From: a virus
Taxonomy: Duplodnaviria; Caudoviricetes
IMG/VR virus record: IMGVR_UViG_3300037755_000446
Coordinates: 1-38,519 of that record
DNA length: 38,519 nt
Direction: 5' to 3' (one strand)
A program made the position numbers and the translations under genes. Below the pieces are notes generated by a model that saw nothing but the letters and a program-made list of their open reading frames with translations, made no database searches and was not told the origin of the DNA. How positions within the stretch are numbered: position 1 is the stretch's first letter; each line of letters opens with the position of its first letter. Shown one piece after another: positions 1 to 7,182 of the stretch.

Positions 1-314
1 CCCAGGACGGTGGCCGAGCCGTACGCCTGGACGGTGGCCGAGTCGTACGCCCGGACGGTGGCCGAGCCGTACGCCCGGACGGTGGCCGAGCCGTACGCCC
101 GGACGGTGGCCGAGCCGGACGCCCGGACGGTGGCCGAGCCGTACGCCCGGACGGTGGCCGAGCCGGACGCCCGGACGGTGGCCGAGCCGGACGCGCTGAT
201 CTCCAGCCAAACTCCACGTGGGGAGTCGATCAGGATGAGCGCGTTGTAGTCCTTCGAGTGGGCTTCGAGTGCGGCATCGAGTTCGACCTGGGTGTGGACG
301 GTATACGTGGTCAT
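1..314 (-). CDS. Octapeptide-repeat (S/Y-GSATVRA) protein, 3' end runs off the window
   Basis: Read by hand: AGGAGG RBS, ATG at 314, MTTYTVHTQVELDAALEAHSKDYNALILIDSPRGVWLEISA followed by 8 x [S/Y]GSATVRA-like units. Absent from the ORF track because it has no stop in the window. Confidence 0.85.
   Translation of the reverse strand, partial: MTTYTVHTQVELDAALEAHSKDYNALILIDSPRGVWLEISASGSATVRASGSATVRAYGSATVRASGSATVRAYGSATVRAYGSATVRAYDSATVQAYGSATVL
3..194. repeat. 24-bp coding tandem repeat, 8 copies
   Basis: GGACGGTGGCCGAG recurs at 5, 29, 53, 77, 101, 125, 149 and 173. Confidence 0.97.
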
Positions 315-360
315 GAGGGCTTTTCCTCCTGGAGGCATCTGGGGTGCCGTGCTACGTCCG

Positions 361-421
361 ATCTTGCCGCACAATCATGCGGTCGTCAACACGTCCATGC
401 GGATTCCGTGAGCACGTGCGG
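361..421 (-). promoter_or_regulatory. Putative repressor-controlled leftward promoter with operator array
   Basis: -35 TTGACG (384-389), possible -10 CAAGAT (361-366), operator-like CCGCACAATCATGCGG (367-382) in the spacer. Further CRTGCGG half-sites at 396-402 and 415-421. Same layout as 14508-14570. Confidence 0.65.
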
Positions 422-466
422 CACGATGGCCATGCGCGTCCCCGTGCGGTTCGTGCGTCGAGGGGG

Positions 467-652
467 CTACTCCTCGCGCGTCCACTTCCCGTTCTCGGTC
501 CTGTGATGGCCCAGCTCGGCCATGATGGCCAGGACGAGTGCGCGCCCTCTGGCATGAGTCTGCGTGCGCCACTCCGGGTCGCGGAGATCGTCGATCGGGG
601 GTGGGTCGTAGTCGGGTGGCGGCCCGACGGCGTACGGGTTCTCGTCGCTCAT
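467..652 (-). CDS. Hypothetical protein (61 aa, MSDENPY...)
   Basis: ATGA overlap with the upstream gene; GGAG-like RBS. Confidence 0.65.
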   Translation of the reverse strand: MSDENPYAVGPPPDYDPPPIDDLRDPEWRTQTHARGRALVLAIMAELGHHRTENGKWTREE

Positions 653-1161
653 CGCGCGCCCCCCTGGATGGCGGTCGAGGTCAGCCCGCCATCCGCGTTG
701 AGCGCCCATCCCTCCGGCACCCGGCGCGCGAGATGCGCGACGTCCGGCATGCGGTGCGTCCCCTCGATAGCAAGCGGCACCGCGACCCCGACGGACTCAC
801 AAGCGCGCCTCTCGGCCGATGCATGCTCCTCGCCGTCACCGATAGCACGGCGGTACTCACGCGACCATGCCAGGGCACGCGCCGGGTTCTCGGCGAGCTC
901 GGCCGGCGGAACCTCCTCCGTGCCGATGCGCTCAGTCCGTCCGCGGCGGATCGCGCGCACCCCGGCGTTCACGTGGATCGGCATCAGGTAGTCGGTGCTC
1001 GTGCGGCGGTGGGCGATGATCGCAGCCTTCCCGTCGGCAGGGGTCACGTGGTCGTCGAGGACGTCGGCCCATGCGCGGGCGGCTTCCTCGGTGATGATGC
1101 GGTTGTCCGTCGCTGCGGCGTAGGCCAGGAGGACGGCGGCGATGGCGGGTGAGACGGTCAT
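649..1161 (-). CDS. Putative replicative helicase loader/inhibitor-like protein
   Basis: MTVSPAIAAVLLAYAAATDNR...ARAWADVL...AIIAHRRTSTDYLMPIHV resembles the helical loader-type proteins that follow phage replication initiators. ATGA overlap. Confidence 0.6.
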   Translation of the reverse strand: MTVSPAIAAVLLAYAAATDNRIITEEAARAWADVLDDHVTPADGKAAIIAHRRTSTDYLMPIHVNAGVRAIRRGRTERIGTEEVPPAELAENPARALAWSREYRRAIGDGEEHASAERRACESVGVAVPLAIEGTHRMPDVAHLARRVPEGWALNADGGLTSTAIQGGAR

Positions 1162-1481
1162 GATGCCTCCAGCCCACGACGACGGAGGTACGCCTTTGCG
1201 GCCTCGCGTACGGCGTCGTTCTTGGAGTAGGCGGCGGCGTCCTCGGCCCACTCCTGGTAGGTGTCGGGACCGATGCCTTCCTCAGGGTCGGCCGTGTACT
1301 CGAACACGTCGCCAGACACTCGCTGGCACTCGGTACAGGACACCCAGTCGTAGACGCGCTCGTCGTACACGTACGTCGTTCGGGTGTACGTCTGGCCCGG
1401 CTCGACGGCGACGGCGTAGCAGCAGTTGCACATGTGCGGCTTGCGCGCCTTGACCGTCTTCTCGCTCAGCAGCGTTGGCAT
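1158..1481 (-). CDS. Small Cys-rich (putative Zn-binding) protein, paralogue A
   Basis: MPTLLSEKTVKARKPHMCNCC...CTEC; AAGGAG RBS; about 68% identical to 7823-8143. Confidence 0.85.
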   Translation of the reverse strand: MPTLLSEKTVKARKPHMCNCCYAVAVEPGQTYTRTTYVYDERVYDWVSCTECQRVSGDVFEYTADPEEGIGPDTYQEWAEDAAAYSKNDAVREAAKAYLRRRGLEAS

Positions 1482-1482
1482 C

Positions 1483-2448
1483 TCATGCTCCTTCGGTGAT
1501 CTGGCGGAGGTGGACGACGTTCTCGGCTTCGGCTTCTTCGGCGGCGAGTCGTTCGGCGAGTGCGATGCCGTCACGGGCGCGGTTGGTCGGCGTGGGCTTC
1601 GTGCCGCCTGAGTGGGGGGTGCGCGCTGCGTCGTTCTCGGCGAACTTTGCGCGGCGCTTCATGAATTGCGTGAACCGTGCATTCCATGAACGGGATGTGA
1701 TTCCTTCGGACTCTGCCCAGAGATGGAAGTCCTCAAGCGCATCCTTGATATCGAGGCTCAGCTCGTGAGCACGCTGTTTGTGATCATCGGTCGGCATGAA
1801 GTCGGGGGGCAGGGGCAGGTCGTCCGTCTCGCCCGCGTGCTCCTGATCAGACACTCCGGTAGGAGTGTCTGATGGTGTAGGTCTAGGTCCTGGAGTAGAG
1901 GGGGGTCTAACGGGGGGGCTGGTCGAGGGGCTAGCCTTGGGATCGTTTAGCCCCTGCGCAGGGGCTAAACGAGGGGCTACTCCAGGGTCTAGCGCGCGGC
2001 GCTTGAGCACCCCCTTAACCTCCGGATGCAACCAACACGCCCATTCCGGAAAGTCGGTCTTAAGCCTCCTCAGCTCGTTGACGACGACGCCACGAATTTG
2101 GTTAGACGACACCACGGCGAACGCCTTTGTCGCAGACACGGACGTCTTGTTGTGCTGCATCACCCCGTCATGTCGGAGGAATGACCGGATGAGATATTCC
2201 TCCGAAACCTGATCCACGATGATGAGCAGGTTCTGCGAGAGCTCGTCCGCCGCGGCGTTGAAATCGTTCATGCGCCAGCCCCTGGCGAGCGGCAGGAGAC
2301 GCCGCGGTCGCCAGTCCCCGACGCCGCAGAACGACAGGCCTGGGGCGGTCAGCAGCACGAAGTAGAGGTGCTGGGCGGCAGGGCTCAATTCACGCCACTC
2401 GTCGTCCTGCCAGATGCTGTGGTGCACGGCCGTGTAGGTGCGAGGCAT
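1483..2448 (-). CDS. Phage replication initiator (replisome organiser-like)
   Basis: N-terminus SIWQDDEWRELSPAAQHLYFVLLT typical of phage initiators, Pro-rich linker with DNA repeats, C-terminal DnaT-like helical domain (LPPDFMPT...FHLWA...WNARF). TGATG overlap. Confidence 0.75.
   Translation of the reverse strand: MPRTYTAVHHSIWQDDEWRELSPAAQHLYFVLLTAPGLSFCGVGDWRPRRLLPLARGWRMNDFNAAADELSQNLLIIVDQVSEEYLIRSFLRHDGVMQHNKTSVSATKAFAVVSSNQIRGVVVNELRRLKTDFPEWACWLHPEVKGVLKRRALDPGVAPRLAPAQGLNDPKASPSTSPPVRPPSTPGPRPTPSDTPTGVSDQEHAGETDDLPLPPDFMPTDDHKQRAHELSLDIKDALEDFHLWAESEGITSRSWNARFTQFMKRRAKFAENDAARTPHSGGTKPTPTNRARDGIALAERLAAEEAEAENVVHLRQITEGA
1900..1992. promoter_or_regulatory. Putative replication origin (iterons plus 30-bp palindrome) inside the initiator gene
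   Basis: AGGGGCTA at 1926, 1960 and 1972, GGGTCTA variants near 1903 and 1986, perfect palindrome TCGTTTAGCCCCTGCGCAGGGGCTAAACGA at 1943-1972. Confidence 0.7.
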
Positions 2449-3095
2449 CAGGTGGTCACCCCTTCCGCGGCGTACGCGCGCCCAACCTCTATGCCCTTCT
2501 CGTACCACTCGTACTTGGCATCCACGAGCGCGCTCCATGTCATGTACGCACCATCGAGCGCGGCCTTCGTGGCGACCTCACCCGCCACCACCTGGACCTG
2601 GTTCCAGACGATCCCGCACATGTACTTGAATCGGTCCTTGACCATGTGTGCTCCGAACGAGATGTTCGCGGCGTCGATGACCAGTTCGAGTGGCACGGCC
2701 ATGTCGTGCCACCGCGCGATCGTTGGGTAGGCGTCGCTCGGCATGGGCAGACGGAACGTGTGCGCCCACAGCTGTTCGAAGGTTTCCCAGTACTCCCCAC
2801 GGGAGTCGAGCTGCTCGGACAGCACCGCGTACGCCTGGCGGGTCAGTTCGGCGAACCGCAGCGCGTCCGCCTTGATGTCCTCGACCATGGCGATGTCGAG
2901 TGCCACGCTGGACTTGCCCGAGTTGCAGGGCTCGCACGCGGTGACGAGGTTGGCCGGCTCGGTTCGCCCCCCGAGTGCTTCGGGCGTCACGTGGTCCACG
3001 CGCAGAGGCACGTCCGGAGCCGACGCGCCGCAGTAGCGGCACGTGTGGTTGTCGCGCCGCAGGATCTCGAACCTGAGCCTCTTGCTGACCGCCAT
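2448..3095 (-). CDS. HNH endonuclease-domain protein
   Basis: MAVSKRLRFEILRRDNHTCRYCG...VDHVTP...GG...NLVTACEPCNSGKS. Confidence 0.9.
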   Translation of the reverse strand: MAVSKRLRFEILRRDNHTCRYCGASAPDVPLRVDHVTPEALGGRTEPANLVTACEPCNSGKSSVALDIAMVEDIKADALRFAELTRQAYAVLSEQLDSRGEYWETFEQLWAHTFRLPMPSDAYPTIARWHDMAVPLELVIDAANISFGAHMVKDRFKYMCGIVWNQVQVVAGEVATKAALDGAYMTWSALVDAKYEWYEKGIEVGRAYAAEGVTT

Positions 3096-3271
3096 CAGAT
3101 TGCCTTTCGTCGTTGCGCACACAGGCGCTTCGTGTCGCGGTGCAGCTGCGTGTAGCACTCGCGCATCCGCTCCATCTGGGTCACGGTCGCGATCCCGCCG
3201 TTCGCCTCCACCGCACGCTGCACGCGGTCGAGGAGGACACGGGCGTACGCGTCGAGGTCCTGTTGGCGCAT
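3095..3271 (-). CDS. Hypothetical protein (58 aa)
   Basis: TGATG overlaps on both sides; fills the operon. Confidence 0.6.
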   Translation of the reverse strand: MRQQDLDAYARVLLDRVQRAVEANGGIATVTQMERMRECYTQLHRDTKRLCAQRRKAI

Positions 3272-3414
3272 CAGGTCGCCCCCTCGTCTGTCTGCTGCTC
3301 GGCGTACGCGGTGTGCCACGAGTAGAGGCACTGGGGGCATCGGTAGTGGACCCGGTTGCCGACGACGCTCATCGGCTTCACGGCTGGCTCCTTGCACTCG
3401 GGGCATGTGCACAT
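3271..3414 (-). CDS. Small Zn-ribbon protein (47 aa)
   Basis: MCTCPEC...YRCPQC; GGAGG-like RBS and overlap with the Vsr stop. Confidence 0.7.
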   Translation of the reverse strand: MCTCPECKEPAVKPMSVVGNRVHYRCPQCLYSWHTAYAEQQTDEGAT

Positions 3415-3773
3415 CACGCCACCGCCTCTCGGATAATGTCGGCAGCTTCTCTCGGGCCCGTGTGCTCCCATATGCGCAGGACATGCCACCCGCGCCCTTC
3501 AAGGTTGGCCTTGATCACGAGGTCGTACGGCTTGGCATGTTCCGGGTGGTGATCAGGGCACCCATGCCAGTAGCAGCCGTCAAGGAACACGGCGACTCGG
3601 GCGTCAAGGAACGTCAGGTCCGGTATGCAGAACGCAGATTGCCCATTGGATCGCCGCCCGTGCATGACCCGCTTGTCCGGGTCGTGGGTCAGTCCGGCAT
3701 TCGTGACGAGCGCGCGTGTCTCGGCATCCCACTTGCTTGATGGCGGAGGCGCTGGCCGGCCGTCGTACGTCAC
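3414..3773 (-). CDS. vsr: Vsr-like very-short-patch repair endonuclease
   Basis: PDL...VAVFLDGCYWHGCP...L..RGWHVLRIWEH; directly downstream of a C5 methyltransferase. Confidence 0.85.
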   Translation of the reverse strand: MTYDGRPAPPPSSKWDAETRALVTNAGLTHDPDKRVMHGRRSNGQSAFCIPDLTFLDARVAVFLDGCYWHGCPDHHPEHAKPYDLVIKANLEGRGWHVLRIWEHTGPREAADIIREAVA

Positions 3774-5235
3774 GCCGCCACCCCCGAACGAGCCATCTCA
3801 CGAATAGCGAGCAAGCGCCTCAGCGCGGCTACGGCCTGCTGGGGCACTACTCCGTTTCCGAGCGCTTTCAACTGCTCGTTGCGGGTCAGGCCGACGTCGG
3901 TCACCCATCCGTCGTCTAGGCCCATGAGGAATTCGACGAAGCGGGGCGACAGGCGGTGGGCACCGTCGCGGCCCGTGGGCTCGGTGGGTGCGGGTGCGGG
4001 GCGTCCGAGGATGGCCTCCCAGCGGGCGATGGCCGGGGCGTACTGGCCGAACCGCTCGGGTTGGCGCACCGTGGCGTCGGTCAAGGTGGTGCCGGCGTGG
4101 TGCGTGTCGGTCGCGGCGTAGGACGCGCCGGACGCCTTGTGGTCTGTCGCTGTCGGCGTGGGTAGGAGGTCCGCCACGGCAAGTCGCTGAGTCTCGATAC
4201 TCAGCGACTTGCCGTGGCCGTTCCCGTTGCCGTGCGCGGCCTTCATGCGCGCGGTCCAGGCGTCCCAGTCCTCGACCGTCTTGCCCGCGCCCATGTCATT
4301 TACGGCGGGCGTGGGTAGGAGGTGTGTCACCGCGCTCGGCAGCATCAGGTCACCGGACGAACCCCGCTGGTTCGGTCCACCCTTCGTGCCGTCCGAAGCG
4401 CGCGGCGTCGGCAGAAGTGCCCCGGTGAGGCTGGATGTGTCGCGCCGTTGGTTGTGCCCTTTGTGGTCCCGGGCCGTTGCGGTCGGCAGCAGCGCTACAG
4501 GTGCTCGATCTGATCCGCCAGCGTCGGGCCATGTCCGCCCGCCTTCCGCTTCGCCGGTGGCTGAGAACCCCCGTTCACCGCCAGTTGTGCTGTCGGTGTC
4601 AGGAGCAGCGCTATTTGTCCTTCCAGGCGTCCGGAGGCGCGTCGGTTCTCCAGGTCCCCCACGCCATTCCCCATCGACGTCCGCGGTGTTCCCAGCAGGC
4701 CAGGCGAGGACAAAGACCCTCCAGCGTCCGTGCGGGGCGCCGACGTCGGCAGCGCGTAGGCCGTGCCACGCAGCGTCATACCCGAGCTCGGCCAGGTCTC
4801 CGAGAACACGACCGAGTGCCCGCAGATGTACGTCTCCGGCGTCTCCCACGCAGAGATCGCAGGTCTCCACGTCGCCAGCGGTTGCGGTTGCACTTAGGGC
4901 ACCCCTCACGTTTTCCCAGATCACGAACTGGGGGCGGATGATGTCGATGGCGTCGCACATGGACGCCCACAGGCCGGACCGGGTACCCGCCTTCATGCCT
5001 TCGCGTTTCCCGGCGTGGGACAGGTCCTGGCAGGGCGAGCCGCCGGTGATGATGTCGACGGGCTCGACGGCTGCCCAGTTGACCTTGGTGATGTCGGGAC
5101 GCCGGGGAACCGGGCGGCGAGGATCTTCGACGGGCCGGGCTCGATCTCGGACACCCACGCGGGGGTAGCGCCGAACACTTCCTCGACGGCCAGGTCAAGG
5201 CCGCCATACCCAGCGAACAGGGCTCCAGACTTCAT
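3770..5235 (-). pseudogene. DNA (cytosine-5) methyltransferase with a frameshift near 5096
   Basis: Motif I (LFAGYGG) starts at ATG 5235 in one frame. Motifs IV (GSPCQD), VI (ENV), VIII (RWRVF), IX and X (LKALGNGV) lie in the -1 frame (3770-5095). Confidence 0.85.
4495..4893 (-). CDS. Alternative-frame ORF nested in the methyltransferase (putative second subunit)
   Basis: GTG start with a GAGGGG RBS overlapping the ENVRG codons. Contains SETWPSSGMTLRG and two LL.TP modules of the same type as the main frame's C-terminal half. Confidence 0.7.
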   Translation of the reverse strand: MQPQPLATWRPAISAWETPETYICGHSVVFSETWPSSGMTLRGTAYALPTSAPRTDAGGSLSSPGLLGTPRTSMGNGVGDLENRRASGRLEGQIALLLTPTAQLAVNGGSQPPAKRKAGGHGPTLADQIEHL

Positions 5236-5549
5236 GCCGCTTCCCCTCTCGTCTCGCCGGGTCGTCGCCCACAGCGCTGGCACACGGCCACGCGATCGAG
5301 GGTGACGATGGTCGCGTGCCTGCACTTCTCGGTGACCTCGGCGTGCGTGGGGCATCGTGCGGTCACCTGTCCGAGGTTGCCGGGGGTGCCGTAGATGCCG
5401 ACCTCCCAGCCGAGGACCCGCAGCGATTCGCCAGCGGAGACCACGCCGAGTTCCTGCTGCAGGTACATGGACGTGTCGCACCCGGACACGTCGCACTCGG
5501 CGATGACGCGCGGCTGCTTGGTGAGCGCGTGGACACCGGGGGCGATCAT
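5232..5549 (-). CDS. Hypothetical Cys-containing protein
   Basis: ATGA overlaps on both sides; CDVSGC, CPTH and CQRC motifs. Confidence 0.7.
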   Translation of the reverse strand: MIAPGVHALTKQPRVIAECDVSGCDTSMYLQQELGVVSAGESLRVLGWEVGIYGTPGNLGQVTARCPTHAEVTEKCRHATIVTLDRVAVCQRCGRRPGETRGEAA

Positions 5550-6043
5550 GCGGCCACCTCCTCGGCGATGTCCGCGGCGTAGACCGCGAGGGCGAATGCC
5601 TGCCAGATGTCAGCGCGGAACCCGTAGAACCAGCCCGGCGCGGCCTTAGTGCCCTTGCCGTGGTTGGGCTGCCCGGGAGCGAACCGGTCGACGAGCGCTT
5701 GGCGGATGTTCGCGTCGTTCGCCTTCGCGCTGTGGCAGTGGTGCAGCTTGACGGGCCGCCTCGTGACCAGGCTCGCCTCGATCGCGTGGGCATGGTTGAG
5801 CGCCTGGGCGAACCGGCCGATCCATACGCACGTCTCGAAGACGTCGGCGCCGACGGACATGCCGTAGGACGCGACCATCTCGATCACGGCGGAGTCGTAG
5901 GTGGGCCTGTGCGGCGACGTCACGAGGTCGAGGACGTCCGCGTTGGGGTCCTTGCCGAAGTGGAGCGGCCGACGGCTGGCGACGTCGATGATGACCCACC
6001 CGGACTCGCGGGTGCCAGGGTCGATGGCGAGGATGCGGCTCAT
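5546..6043 (-). CDS. RuvC-like Holliday junction resolvase
   Basis: MSRILAIDPG, VIEMV, DIWQAFALA: RNase H-like RuvC pattern. Confidence 0.8.
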   Translation of the reverse strand: MSRILAIDPGTRESGWVIIDVASRRPLHFGKDPNADVLDLVTSPHRPTYDSAVIEMVASYGMSVGADVFETCVWIGRFAQALNHAHAIEASLVTRRPVKLHHCHSAKANDANIRQALVDRFAPGQPNHGKGTKAAPGWFYGFRADIWQAFALAVYAADIAEEVAA

Positions 6044-6363
6044 GCGACCGCCTCGGCCCAGAATTCCCCGAGCGTCATCTTCGGCGCACGTTCCGCCTCG
6101 AGGCGCTTCCGGATCCGGTCACGCTCGGGTGGCGACGCAGCGAAGAATCCATACTCTTCGCCCTGCTCGATGGCGACGGCGAGGCACCGGGCCGCGATCG
6201 GGCAGCGTGAGCAGATGCGCTCGGCGTCGCGGTAGCCCTCGCCTTTCTCGGCGAAGAAGACTTCGGGGTTGCCGATCTGGAGGCAGAGGGCGTCCTTGCC
6301 CTCCTGGTAGGTGAGCGGGCTCGTGTCGGCAGATGGCTCGGGGGGTGTGTATCCGTATCTCAT
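6040..6363 (-). CDS. whiB: WhiB-family Fe-S transcription factor (divergent)
   Basis: ALC...PEVFF...ICSRCPIAARCL...A....EEYG: four Cys with WhiB spacing. Confidence 0.85.
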   Translation of the reverse strand: MRYGYTPPEPSADTSPLTYQEGKDALCLQIGNPEVFFAEKGEGYRDAERICSRCPIAARCLAVAIEQGEEYGFFAASPPERDRIRKRLEAERAPKMTLGEFWAEAVA

Positions 6364-7181
6364 GCTGCGTGCCTTTCCCTTGACCGCTCCATGGCCGTGA
6401 CGAACTCGTCCGAACGCCCGTGCCTACGCGCATGCCAGTCGACGGAGCCGAGCTTCACGCCGCATCGTTCGGCGGCTCGTTCCGGGTGCTCGCCGTACCG
6501 CACGAGACGGAACCACTCGTCCAGGTCGAGAGGTCCCTGCTGCCCCTTCCCCTGCATGCCCACGGGGGTAGCGGTCGGGTCGTCGATGGTCTCGTCATCC
6601 CACGCCAGCGGAACGGCCCAGCCCTGAGCGCGTGCGTAGGCCCGAGTGCGGAAGGATGGTCCGCGCGTCATGGACATTCGCTCGTACGCGGCGGCAAGCT
6701 TCTCGGCGGTGGTTCGGCGCACGGACTGTTGCCCGCGGGCGATGACACTCAGTGTGTTGCCGCGTCGCAGTCCAGCCTCGGCGGCGATGGATGCGAACGT
6801 GTGCCCGAGTGCGGCGAGTGCCTGGGCTCGCCTCCTCGTCCCGGTCGCGTCGACCCATTCCGCTGCGAGGCGGACCGAGAGGATGTTCCGCTCGGTGTCG
6901 GGTCGGATGCCGCGCGTGCTGGCCCCTTCTGTGATCCTCCGGACGGTCTCCTTGGAGAGTCCAGCCGCCTTGGCGATGGACCCGTGCCCCATCCCCCCGG
7001 CGCGTAGGGTCTCGATGTGGCGCATTGCTGGAGTGGGGTCGACGTCGGGGGTTAGCGAGTGGTACTGCTTCGAGATCCGGTAGTAGTCGCGGAGGTACTC
7101 GCGGTTCTCTTCCTCGCACACGGGGTTGTGGCATCCCGAGTTGTAGCAGGAGCGCGAGCGTCGGCATGTTCCCTTGGGCAT
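6360..7181 (-). CDS. Multi-HTH DNA-binding protein
   Basis: N-terminal Cys cluster, then HTH-like segments (GHGSIAKAAGLSKETVRRI; TFASIAAEAGL) and VDATGTRRRAQALAALG, PLAWDDETIDDP motifs. Confidence 0.75.
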   Translation of the reverse strand: MPKGTCRRSRSCYNSGCHNPVCEEENREYLRDYYRISKQYHSLTPDVDPTPAMRHIETLRAGGMGHGSIAKAAGLSKETVRRITEGASTRGIRPDTERNILSVRLAAEWVDATGTRRRAQALAALGHTFASIAAEAGLRRGNTLSVIARGQQSVRRTTAEKLAAAYERMSMTRGPSFRTRAYARAQGWAVPLAWDDETIDDPTATPVGMQGKGQQGPLDLDEWFRLVRYGEHPERAAERCGVKLGSVDWHARRHGRSDEFVTAMERSRERHAA

Positions 7182-7182
7182 G

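Noticed and set aside
3-194. 24-bp repeats as a CRISPR array, or as the plus-strand ORF 10-249
   Set aside because: The units are contiguous with no spacers and no cas genes. The minus-strand frame has the RBS, start codon and operon orientation.
2448-5235. Restriction-modification system (MTase plus HNH)
   Set aside because: The HNH gene is separated from the MTase and coupled to the replication initiator. The nuclease adjacent to the MTase is Vsr-like.
4993-5793. 266-aa ORF as a single gene
   Set aside because: Its upstream part overlaps two better-supported genes. Only 5235 onward (MKSGALFAGYGG) is meaningful, as the MTase N-terminus.
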